A stretch of DNA of 64,000 nucleotides from assembly GCA_052279835.1 (NCBI GenBank), contig CP181291.1, positions 4,064,001 to 4,128,000 on the forward strand, given 5' to 3'. A model generated the notes under the pieces. That model searched no databases and was not told the origin of the DNA. It saw only the letters and a program-made list of their open reading frames with translations. Made by a program: the position numbers and the translations under genes. The stretch is from Microcoleus sp. (GTDB taxonomy: Bacteria > Cyanobacteriota > Cyanobacteriia > Cyanobacteriales > Microcoleaceae). The stretch's first letter is position 1. Each line of letters opens with the position of its first letter. Of this stretch, positions 45,113-54,247 are shown in pieces.

Positions 45113-46504
45113 CTATTTCAGAGAAACTTGCCAGCCTTTATCTACTTTTTGAATCTGGAGAGAAGTGCAAGATTGCAAAAATTTAGGAAATTTTCTACTG
45201 AGATTGAATTCCTTAATTATTTGGGTAATTTGTTTGCCGTATTGTCGGTGGAATTCGCTACCTACATTTGAGAGAAATACAGAATTAGCTGGAGAGTTTT
45301 TGGTGAGTTCTTTCACGATTTGGACAATGGCTGTTTCCAAGTCTTCGAGAGAATTAATACTTTCCAAACTAGCCGATACTGCCATGCTGTTAGGTGAACT
45401 ATCTTTGTTAATTATTGGTGGTTTTGGTGACTGTTTTACCTCAAAAAGAGTTACGTATGCTTGAGAATTTTCTGAGGGTTGGTGAACCACAAATTCCGTG
45501 GGATATTTAATAAATATATCCCTGGTTTTAGTGCCTAGCAGATGAGTTGCCACGACTTGATTTAGGGGTGAACCGTAATTTTCTTTAAATAAAACTGAAA
45601 TTCTGGAAAGTTTTACCCACTGAGCTGATGTGCGTTCTTGTTCTATTTTGATTATTGTTTTTAGATTGAGAATTAATTTTTCGATGGGGTCAGGTTCGGT
45701 TACAGATACAAGGGAGTAGGTTTCTGTTTGTCCTGTTTTGCTATTTAAAACTATGATTTTATCTACTTGTTTGCGGACTTGAAAAACTGTTAATCCGTGA
45801 GCTTGGAGGGTATTGCTGAGGTGGGTCAATGCCCGATCGGACGAACAGACAAAAATCTCCTTGGCTGTGGGATAATGGACGAAAATAGATGCTCCAACCG
45901 TAGCCATTTTTAAATCGGCACTGTCTTTGCCGGGGGGGACATGAATCAATTGATAGCCGCGTTGGTGAAATTCAGCATCTTTTTTGCCCATGCTGCGCCA
46001 ATTGGCAAAGGCAACTTTAATTTGGATGGGATACTGGCAAATTCCCTCTAGGAATTTTTCGGTTTCGAGATTGAGTTGCAAGTTTTCGACATCTAGCAGC
46101 AGGATGGCTATTCCCACGCCCAATGAGGGTGTTGGAGGTTTAGATGAGGCTGATTTATTGGATTTAGCTGGTGCTATGGGGGCTTCGGCAAGTTGCTGAA
46201 TTTTGGCTATTAATTTGGTGAATTGAGCCGAATTAATGAATTCGGGAATCAAAAGGATTTGGAGGTATTTTTTTGCAGTTAGCAGAATGGAATCTACATC
46301 TTTTGCTAATCTGAAACTTTTGGTAAATTTGAAAATCAAAATTGACTGAAAATCAGGTTTGGCCCACTGGGTTTTCCTGTATTTTTCAGCTATCCATTCA
46401 GGGTGCTTGGATTGAATGGAAACTAGAGTTTGAGCGAGATAGCGACTGATGGCGCTGAATGCGGCAGATTCTTGAGTCGCCAGCAAGGGGTTATGAGCGG
46501 GCAT
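45113..46504 (-). CDS. NYN-domain protein with C-terminal OST-HTH/LOTUS-like domains
   Basis: LLDVENL, AFANW, KDSADLKM, CSSD; LOTUS-like WVKLSRI..FKENYG and VFLSNVGSEFHRQYG..FPKFL; ATG at 46504. Confidence 0.8.
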   Translation of the reverse strand: MPAHNPLLATQESAAFSAISRYLAQTLVSIQSKHPEWIAEKYRKTQWAKPDFQSILIFKFTKSFRLAKDVDSILLTAKKYLQILLIPEFINSAQFTKLIAKIQQLAEAPIAPAKSNKSASSKPPTPSLGVGIAILLLDVENLQLNLETEKFLEGICQYPIQIKVAFANWRSMGKKDAEFHQRGYQLIHVPPGKDSADLKMATVGASIFVHYPTAKEIFVCSSDRALTHLSNTLQAHGLTVFQVRKQVDKIIVLNSKTGQTETYSLVSVTEPDPIEKLILNLKTIIKIEQERTSAQWVKLSRISVLFKENYGSPLNQVVATHLLGTKTRDIFIKYPTEFVVHQPSENSQAYVTLFEVKQSPKPPIINKDSSPNSMAVSASLESINSLEDLETAIVQIVKELTKNSPANSVFLSNVGSEFHRQYGKQITQIIKEFNLSRKFPKFLQSCTSLQIQKVDKGWQVSLK

Positions 46505-46540
46505 AGCTCTCCACAATGCAGGATGGTTTCTAAATCTATC

Positions 46541-46685
46541 TTGACACTCTCAGGTCTAAAGACACGCTCGATTGGTGACTCCAGGAGCAGGCTTGCTCAG
46601 AGAGGATTGCAAGGTTCAGACTAGAGGTGTATTCTCACGCCTGTGTTGCTTGGATAAACGTCCAAAGGTTCTAGTATGCCCTATA
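46541..46685 (-). mobile_element. Orphan IS200/IS605 right end / omega-RNA-like scaffold without tnpB
   Basis: Minus strand GGGCATACTAGAAC..ACCTCTA..GCAATCCT..GAGCAAG..AATCGAGCGTGTCTTTAGACCTGAGAGTGTCAA, the pattern I recall from cyanobacterial tnpB 3' ends; terminal TCAA. Confidence 0.68.
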
Positions 46686-46688
46686 ATT

Positions 46689-47960
46689 CTAGTTTTTCGC
46701 CAGTAGTCGGACGATCGCGCGCCAGATCAAACCAGCTATAATTAACGCTAACCCAATCAGCCAAATTTGCCTCTGGACCCAGAAAGCCAGAAATAGACAG
46801 GAAGCTAAACCTACTATAGGGAGCCATTGGGGGTAAAGTCTGTGGGTGGGGGAAAGTTGCAAGGCGGCGAGGTTGGTGATAGCGTAGTAGATCAAAATGC
46901 TAAAAGCGCTAAATGACCAAGTGGTTTGGACATCGCCGATGAGGATTAAAAGTGCGATCGCCACTTCCACGACCACCACAGCCACATAGGGAGTTGTCCC
47001 AGAGGGGTTGAGACGCGCCAAGACTCTCGGCATATCCCGACGTCGCCCCATCGCCAGCAACACCCGCGACAGCCCTAAAATTAAGTTCAGCAGCACTCCC
47101 AGCATGGCGGTAATAGCCCCGACAGCTAGCAGTTGAGAAACTCCCGGAATGCGGAAACTGCGGGCGATGACTTCCAAAGGTACACCAGTGGTGGCTGTTT
47201 GCAGGGACAATTGAGCAGGACCACCCACGCCAACAAAGACTATTGCTACCGCCATGTAAAGGAGCATTGTCAGCACCAAAGTGAAAATTATGGCTTTGGG
47301 AATGGTTTGCTTCGGTTCCCGCACTTCCTCACTCATGGTGGTGATGCGGGCGTAACCGCTATAGGCAACAAACATCAGGGCGGTGGCGTGGAGGATGGAT
47401 GCGATCAAACTATCATTCTGTACAGTGGCCATTTCCCAGCTTACCTCTGGTAAACCAGCAACAATAAACACAGCCAGAGATAAGAGTGTAACTGAGACTA
47501 TGGCAGTATTGGCGATATTCGATCGCCTAATGCCTGTCAATACAACCAGAGTGAGTGTGGCGAGGGCGACTAAGGCTGTTAGGATGAGATAAGTGCGATC
47601 GGCTACACCAATTACATTTAAAAAATACCCCGCAAAACCCAAAGCAGCAGTAGCCGCCGAAGCCATTTTAGCCAACAGAAACATCCATCCCGCCGTAAAA
47701 CCCAGCCAAGGATTCAGATATTTGTAACCATATTCATAAGTACCGCCACTAACAGGATGACTTGCAGCTAATTGAGCACTGTTGAGGCCATTGCAAACAG
47801 CAACTAAAGCAGCAATAGCCACAGCCAAAATCACTCCAGGCCCTGCAATTTGCGCAGCCATCCCGATACTCACAAATACTCCCGTACCGACAATGGAGCC
47901 CAGGCCCATCAGAGTCGCACCGAAAACACCTAATTCTCGCTTCAGAAGTGGTGAGGACAT
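46689..47960 (-). CDS. APC-family amino acid permease
   Basis: LKRELG, GSIVGTGVF, SGGTYEY, FVAYSGY..EEV.EP; many TM segments. Confidence 0.9.
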   Translation of the reverse strand: MSSPLLKRELGVFGATLMGLGSIVGTGVFVSIGMAAQIAGPGVILAVAIAALVAVCNGLNSAQLAASHPVSGGTYEYGYKYLNPWLGFTAGWMFLLAKMASAATAALGFAGYFLNVIGVADRTYLILTALVALATLTLVVLTGIRRSNIANTAIVSVTLLSLAVFIVAGLPEVSWEMATVQNDSLIASILHATALMFVAYSGYARITTMSEEVREPKQTIPKAIIFTLVLTMLLYMAVAIVFVGVGGPAQLSLQTATTGVPLEVIARSFRIPGVSQLLAVGAITAMLGVLLNLILGLSRVLLAMGRRRDMPRVLARLNPSGTTPYVAVVVVEVAIALLILIGDVQTTWSFSAFSILIYYAITNLAALQLSPTHRLYPQWLPIVGLASCLFLAFWVQRQIWLIGLALIIAGLIWRAIVRLLAKN

Positions 47961-47969
47961 ATAAAAATT

Positions 47970-48166
47970 TTTCGTAGTAAGGACTTTAGTCCTTATAGTT
48001 TGTAGTAATATCATGTCCGGTCGGTTGACATGATTCCTGTAGGGGCGGGTTCACCAACAATAATTGCGTATAATCGACAATTTTATAAACCCGCCCCCGC
48101 CCAACAGTATATGCCAAAATCCTCACTACGAACTATGTTGAAGGACTAAAGTCCTCACTACGAACA
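47970..48166. repeat. REP/MITE cluster (TTCGTAGT.AGGACTTTAGTCCT / AGGACTAAAGTCCTCACTACGAA and GTAGGGGCGGGTT..AACCCGCCCC)
   Basis: Nested inverted repeats between pstB and the permease. Confidence 0.72.
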
Positions 48167-48169
48167 ATA

Positions 48170-49022
48170 TTAACCGAAACGACCTTGAATATAATCCCTG
48201 GTACTGGGATTGCTTGCCGAAGTAAAAATCCGACTTGTAGGCCCAAATTCAACCATGCGGCCGATGCGACTTTCATCAGTATTAAAAAATGCAGTGTAAT
48301 CAGAAACACGAGCAGCCTGCTGCATATTGTGAGTCACAATCACCACAGTTAACTGTTGCCGCAGAGTCTGAAATAGCTCCTCAATCTTCATCGTAGAAAT
48401 CGGGGTCTAGAGCCGAACAAGGTTCATCCATCAGCAAAATTTTTGGTTTCACAGCTAGAGCACGAGCAATGCAAAGTCGCTGCTGTTGTCCACCAGAAAT
48501 CCCCTGGGCCGATTTCTTCAAATTATCTTTGACCTCATCCCAAAGCGCCGCGCTTTTCAGTGCAGATTCTACAATTTCATCTAATTCTGCTTTGCTTTTT
48601 TTGCCAAATATTCTCACTCCATAAGCAATATTATCATAGATGCTGAGCGGAAAAGGATTCGGTCTTTGAAACACCATCCCAATTTGGCGACGCAGACTAT
48701 TAATATTCACTTTGGGACTGTAAATATCCTGTCCAAAAAACTCAACCCTTCCTTTGATGATTACTTTTCCTTCCAATTCCCCGATCCGGTTAAGAGCCTT
48801 GAGAAAAGTAGATTTACCACAACCAGAAGGTCCAATAATAGCCGTGACTTGTGGGTGAGGAATATTCATCGACAAATTTTCCAGAACTTTGTGAGTTCCG
48901 TAGTAAAAACTCAAGTCCTGAACCCGCAAGGCTGGCATTGCCTTGGGGTCAATTTCCTGTGCGGTATCTGCCGAAAAATTATGGGTATTTTTTCCAGTTG
49001 TCAAGTTACTTTCAAGTGTCAT
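48170..49022 (-). CDS. pstB: Phosphate ABC transporter ATPase; apparent +1 frameshift near 48403
   Basis: [43 protein letters not shown]; removing one base of GGGG 48402-48405 gives [21 protein letters not shown]. Confidence 0.93.
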
Positions 49023-49126
49023 TATTTTCAGTTATCTAGGGTTAATAGTAAACTTTGAGATGTAGATAATTATCTCGCTAATGGTAGGCTGACTGTTCCT
49101 GAATGGAGGCGGATAATTGATGATAA

Positions 49127-50107
49127 TTATCTATTTTGCAAGCGTTTGCGTGTTACCGCACGAGAGGCGACGCTAGCAATCAAAACCATGCCTAAAAGCA
49201 CAGAAGCCGCAGTCCAAGCCAATTCATTCTGTTCCTTATAGGGAGAACTGGCATAACTGTATATTAATACTGACATAGAAGGAGTCGGAGTCAGAATTGT
49301 CCCCGGAATTTCTTGGATTTTCGAGAGGGTTTCTGCACCAAGGGGAGACTGAGTTATTTCTCCCAATTTCTCAATCAAAGGAGGCCAAAACTGGCTGGAT
49401 AAAGCAGTAACGATGAGTGGTGCGGTTTCGCCGGCGGCGCGGGAAGCGGCGAGCAAAACGCCTGTGGTAATCGTCGGGAGTGCCGAGGGAATGATAATCC
49501 GAAAGATAGTTTGAAAACGTCCGGCTCCCAAACCTCCTGAAGCGAGCCGATAAGAAGTAGGGACTAATTTTAATGCTTGTTCTGTTGTCAAGGCGACAAC
49601 GGGAAGCATAATAATACCTAGAGCGATACCGCCAGCTAATCCTGAAAATACTTTGGTTGTAACGACAATTAAAGCGTAAGCAAAGACTCCCACAACGATG
49701 GAAGGAACGCTGCTGAGAATGACGGTGATAAAGCGGATGGCATTTGCCATCCCTTTATTTTCTCTGCCAAATTCTGACAAAAATATTCCGGTCATTACCC
49801 CGATTGGGACACTAAATAACGTGGCAATTCCTACCATTAAAGCCGTGCCCAGAATCGCATTGGCAAAACCGTTGGGCTGGTCTTCAACTCCTACGGGTGC
49901 TGGCAGGGAAACTAAAACGTCCCAGCTTAAATGTGTTAATCCTTCCCCCAGAATTTTGTATAAAATAGCGAACAAAGGTAGCAGAGCTAAGGCTGTGAGA
50001 GCAAAGGCAATAACAGTCATTCCTCGGCTAAAAAAGTTTCTACCCAGTGACAGGGGATTGTAAATTTCTGCATCCAGAATAGTTGGTGTTTTTTGTGCTT
50101 GATTCAT
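49127..50107 (-). CDS. pstA: Phosphate ABC permease
   Basis: NAILGT, SVPSIVVGVF, RAAGETAPL. Confidence 0.93.
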   Translation of the reverse strand: MNQAQKTPTILDAEIYNPLSLGRNFFSRGMTVIAFALTALALLPLFAILYKILGEGLTHLSWDVLVSLPAPVGVEDQPNGFANAILGTALMVGIATLFSVPIGVMTGIFLSEFGRENKGMANAIRFITVILSSVPSIVVGVFAYALIVVTTKVFSGLAGGIALGIIMLPVVALTTEQALKLVPTSYRLASGGLGAGRFQTIFRIIIPSALPTITTGVLLAASRAAGETAPLIVTALSSQFWPPLIEKLGEITQSPLGAETLSKIQEIPGTILTPTPSMSVLIYSYASSPYKEQNELAWTAASVLLGMVLIASVASRAVTRKRLQNR

Positions 50108-50109
50108 GT

Positions 50110-51111
50110 TTAATTTTTCGCTCCCTTGACACCGATTAGCTGAACTAACAATACTGCGACTGCGTTCACCAATAGGGTGATGACAAATAGAATTAGCGCT
50201 AAATACATTAAAGAACCGACGTGCAGAGGTTCTTGAGCTTCCCGAAATTGGCTGGCTAAAACAGCGGGGATTGAGTAACCAGGAGCTAGAATAGATTGGT
50301 TGATTTGAATCGAGTTGCCAATTACCATGGTGACTGCCATGGTTTCGCCTAAAGCGCGTCCCAAGGCCAAGATGGTTGCCCCGATAATTCCTGAACTAGC
50401 TGCGGGTAATAACAGCTTAAATATTGTTTCCCAGCGGGTGGCACCTAGGGACATGGAAGCACTTCGCAAGTCTACGGGAACTGACATCAAAACATCGCGG
50501 CTAATAGCGGCTACTGTTGGTAAAATCATGATGGATAACAGTATTCCAGCGGGCAACATTCCTGGACCCAAGGGTTCGCTGCTGAACAGGGGAAACCAAC
50601 TGAAATTGTTAAATAGCGACTGTTGTAAAGGTAGCAGAAAGGGAATGAGTACAAAAATTCCCCAAAGTCCAACTATGACGCTGGGAATGGCTGAGATTAA
50701 TTCAACCATGAATCCCAAGGGCGATCGCACCCAAACGGGCAAAAAGTTTTCGCTGGTAACTATAGCCACGGAAAGTCCAAGAGGAATTGCGATAATAATG
50801 GCGATCGCAGAACTAATCACAGTCCCGTAAATAAAGGGCAAAGCTCCAAATTGTAACTCCCCAATATCCCACTTAGGATTCCAGAGGAATGAGATTCCAA
50901 ACTTGCTAATAGCAGGCCAAGCATCTTTAAAAATTATCGCGCTCATCCAGAACAACGTAGCGGCTGTCCCTAGGGCAAAAGCCCATACAAATATGGTAAA
51001 TCCTGACTCCATCCACAAACCTTCACCCGAAGTATCAGTCAAGTCTACTTCTGTAGTGTTTGTGATTTGCTGATTAGTCAATTTTTTCGGTTCCTTAGCA
51101 AAATTGGTCAT
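50110..51111 (-). CDS. pstC: Phosphate ABC permease
   Basis: FGALPFIYGT, AIPSVIVGLWG, LGATRWE, RALGETMAV. Confidence 0.94.
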   Translation of the reverse strand: MTNFAKEPKKLTNQQITNTTEVDLTDTSGEGLWMESGFTIFVWAFALGTAATLFWMSAIIFKDAWPAISKFGISFLWNPKWDIGELQFGALPFIYGTVISSAIAIIIAIPLGLSVAIVTSENFLPVWVRSPLGFMVELISAIPSVIVGLWGIFVLIPFLLPLQQSLFNNFSWFPLFSSEPLGPGMLPAGILLSIMILPTVAAISRDVLMSVPVDLRSASMSLGATRWETIFKLLLPAASSGIIGATILALGRALGETMAVTMVIGNSIQINQSILAPGYSIPAVLASQFREAQEPLHVGSLMYLALILFVITLLVNAVAVLLVQLIGVKGAKN

Positions 51112-51266
51112 ACCCTAGTTGTTACTGAGTAAACAGTGAAATATTTGGTTGATGGAAGAGTAATTATAGTAGATGTAGTAGGGTGCGCAGCAGCGCACCT
51201 TACCCCTGACAATTTATAAGTTGGGAGCTAGATATTTAACTCCTAACTGAGTCGTAGCGCCCTCTC

Positions 51267-52295
51267 TTAACCTTTAGCAACTACACTCTGATTTACTGTT
51301 TGAATTACCTTTTGAGCTGTCCCCGAAGGAATTGTAGTAAATTCTAGCTGTTTGTTGAGACCTTGGCCTGTAGTCATCACCCAATTAACCATCTTTTTAA
51401 TAGCATCGGCTTTCGCAGCAGGATACTCTTTGTAGATTAACAACCAAGTCAAACCCACAATCGGATAACCGTCGCTGGGATTCCCTTCTACTAAACGGAA
51501 GTCGGCGGGGTATGTTTCCCCTGCTAAAGCTTTTTCGGCTTCTGCCAAGTTAGCATCTACAAAACGACCAGCTTTATTTTGAATAAATGCTGTTTGGAGC
51601 TTGTTTTGTCTGGCATAGGTATCTTGAACATAACCGATCGCACCGGCTGTTTGTTTCACTAAACCTGCTACGCCTGGGTTTCCTTGACCGCTGAGGGGGC
51701 TTCCGGGCCAGCTAGGTTGAGCGGCGGCTTTGATGCTACTGCCGATCGCCTGTAAGTGATTAGCAAAAATAAAGGTTGTACCGCTGCTATCTGCCCGTAC
51801 AACTACTCGAATCGGAGTATTTGGCAAATTTTTAGCTTGTCCAGAAATTCCGCTTATTTTAGCATCATTCCAGCGAGTAATTTTTCCTTCAAAGATGCCT
51901 TTCATCGCATCAGCGCTCAATTTAACATTGTTTACTCCTGGCAAGTTGTAAACAACCGCAACAGCTCCACCAGCGGTAGGAACAGCGATGACACCCCGTT
52001 TTACTTGAGCGATTTGCGCCGCCGTCATCAGCGCATCGCTACCTGCGAAGTCAACAGTACCTGAAATTAATGCTTTGATGCCAGCACCACTGCCAGTCCC
52101 TTCGTAGTTTACAGTAATTTGATTAGCGCCTCTCATCTGAGAGAAATAGCGATCGTAAAGAGGTTTGGGAAAAGTAGCTCCCGAACCATTTAGTGTGACG
52201 GCTGCTACAGCAGAACTAATCAATGAGAGCGAAAATGCGGCTGCTGCTAGCGTAACTATAAAGGCACGTCGCCAACGTCCTGTGAAAAAAAACAT
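51267..52295 (-). CDS. pstS: Phosphate ABC substrate-binding protein
   Basis: Signal peptide; GSGATFP, GSGAG, DFAGSD, RADSSGTT, YPIVGLTW. Confidence 0.94.
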   Translation of the reverse strand: MFFFTGRWRRAFIVTLAAAAFSLSLISSAVAAVTLNGSGATFPKPLYDRYFSQMRGANQITVNYEGTGSGAGIKALISGTVDFAGSDALMTAAQIAQVKRGVIAVPTAGGAVAVVYNLPGVNNVKLSADAMKGIFEGKITRWNDAKISGISGQAKNLPNTPIRVVVRADSSGTTFIFANHLQAIGSSIKAAAQPSWPGSPLSGQGNPGVAGLVKQTAGAIGYVQDTYARQNKLQTAFIQNKAGRFVDANLAEAEKALAGETYPADFRLVEGNPSDGYPIVGLTWLLIYKEYPAAKADAIKKMVNWVMTTGQGLNKQLEFTTIPSGTAQKVIQTVNQSVVAKG

Positions 52296-52385
52296 ACTCC
52301 TCCTCCTTAAATAACAGACTTTGGGGAATCCCCTCCATAGGATAGACCGAAAGATACGAGTCAGACCTGGAGAAAGGATAAGCTT

Positions 52386-52415
52386 GTTTTAAATTTTGGT
52401 TAAATTTGAATTAAA
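52386..52415 (-). promoter_or_regulatory. Putative SphR/PhoB Pho box
   Basis: Minus strand TTTAATTC-aaa-TTTAACCA-aaa-TTTAAAAC with 11-bp period, resembling the cyanobacterial YTTAAYYW repeat; TATCCT follows. Confidence 0.72.
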
Positions 52416-52629
52416 TTTTTGACAATTAGCTGTTGGGAGAGTTAATAAAAAAAATTTCACAATTTATACCATAGGCACCAGGCTAGGATTCTTGAAGAAA
52501 TTGGGGCTTGACTCCGATCGCTGGTAAATCGCTTAAACCCTTGCCCGCAATGGCATCTATCCATTTTTTAATTCCCTGTTCATCTAGGGCATCCACACCT
52601 CAACATCTGCTATTAAAGATGGGAACAAC

Positions 52630-54063
52630 TTAGGAAAGTGCGATCGCCACTTGATAATCCTTAGCATCTTTCTTAACTTTGAAAATTTTGCATGACTGCA
52701 AAAAATTAATCACCTTACTCCCCAAATTGAGTGATTGCAGTTTTTTAGTCAGTGGTTGATGGTATAACTTATGAAATTCGGTAGCCACCTGGTTAATCGG
52801 AACATAACTACCGGGAGATTGAGCCGTTAATCCTCTGATAATTTTGGCTACAGAAGTTTCCAAGGTAGCATAGGCCTGAGCTTTGGAAGCAGCCGATTTT
52901 TGCCCAACCATCGCCACTTGATGTTTTTGCCCGCTGGACTTTACTTGAAAAACTGTAGATTTAGACTGCAAATATTTTAGCAAGCTAGAATTTTTACCCA
53001 AAAAACTTTTCACAACTAAATCAGCATTAGATTTATATTTATCCAAAAAATCTTTCTGAATTCTTACCAGACTCACCGTATCCTCGTGCAACTCATTTTG
53101 GGCAGATTCAATAATTTCTAAAATTTTAATTTGAAAAACATCCAGAGAATCAATAGTAGGGGAATTGACAACAGGAACGATTTCTATATCCGGTTTTTGG
53201 GCAACATTTTGAGCGACAACAACCGCCAAAGGCGCTTCAGACATGGCAGAAACTTCCGGTTGTGCTGACTCAGAAACTGTGACTGCATGAGAACTTACAG
53301 AATTAAAAGCAATAGTATGGCGCTCTTTAAAAAACTGAGCCACCATCGAAAATCTAGCTATACGCTCCTCAATAGATTTATGCTCAGCCTGTAATAATTC
53401 TGCAACTTGATGAGCCAATTCCTCAAAACTAGGAATTTCCATTTCCCGATCGCAGGAATAGTGACGACTATCACCACTCCGACAATTTTCTACAGACAAA
53501 ACAGAATTTTGTCGCCGCACCCGAAACACAGTCAACCCCTGATTTTGCAACTGATTGCAAAGATGATTTAACAAACCATCCGAAGAACAAACAAAAACTT
53601 CTCGCACATCGCGATATCGATATAAAATAGCAGCACCAAAGGCAATCATTTTACCATCAGCACTATTAGCACCGCCCGGAACATGAATCAGCTCATAACC
53701 GCGGTCATAAAGTTCAGCATCCAACTTCCCCGTACTCGGATTTTTCCAATTAGCAAAAGCAACTTTAACTTGCAGAGGATAGGCGCACAAACTAGCTAAA
53801 AATTGTTCTGTATTAACATTAAGTTTCAGATTTTCAGCATCCAACAGCAAAATCGCAATCCCGCAGGACTCTGTGGTGGTTGCAGGGGCGATTTCCTGCG
53901 GGATAGCAGCCCTTAATTCACTTTCGGTGAATTGGCGACTTAAAGACTGTGGCCCTAGCGGATCGAAGAATTGTTTGCCGCAAGCCTTGCACAGATAACG
54001 CTGGCGACCGTTGGGACGGCCGTTCTTACGGAGTTGGTCAGATTCGCATCTTGGACATTTCAT
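52630..54063 (-). CDS. IS1 InsA-like Zn ribbon + NYN domain + LOTUS-like domains
   Basis: MKCPRCES..RKNG..GRQRYLCKACGKQF; LLDAENL, AFANW, NSADGKM, CSSD; C-terminal YVPINQVATEFHKLY..NFLQSC. Confidence 0.78.
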   Translation of the reverse strand: MKCPRCESDQLRKNGRPNGRQRYLCKACGKQFFDPLGPQSLSRQFTESELRAAIPQEIAPATTTESCGIAILLLDAENLKLNVNTEQFLASLCAYPLQVKVAFANWKNPSTGKLDAELYDRGYELIHVPGGANSADGKMIAFGAAILYRYRDVREVFVCSSDGLLNHLCNQLQNQGLTVFRVRRQNSVLSVENCRSGDSRHYSCDREMEIPSFEELAHQVAELLQAEHKSIEERIARFSMVAQFFKERHTIAFNSVSSHAVTVSESAQPEVSAMSEAPLAVVVAQNVAQKPDIEIVPVVNSPTIDSLDVFQIKILEIIESAQNELHEDTVSLVRIQKDFLDKYKSNADLVVKSFLGKNSSLLKYLQSKSTVFQVKSSGQKHQVAMVGQKSAASKAQAYATLETSVAKIIRGLTAQSPGSYVPINQVATEFHKLYHQPLTKKLQSLNLGSKVINFLQSCKIFKVKKDAKDYQVAIALS

Positions 54064-54247
54064 TTAACCATTATTACAGCCTGCTCCCGAACTCAACAAG
54101 GCATTACCTATCTTCTTCTTCCTCTTCCTTCGCGCCCTTCGCGTCTTCGCGGTTCGTTAAATAGATATTCTTTGAGCGGTTCAAGAGTAACTTGTGGCAG
54201 TCGATCGCCCCATAATAGTAAAAGAAACTTAACAATTATTAAAAAAA

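Noticed and set aside
46521..46540. Second target for the orphan omega-RNA guide within this window
   Set aside because: I found no convincing match by eye, including upstream of the other NYN paralog; a computational search is needed
52630..54063. IS1 transposase or IS1 element
   Set aside because: Only the Zn ribbon is IS1-like; no DDE/InsB region or terminal inverted repeats seen
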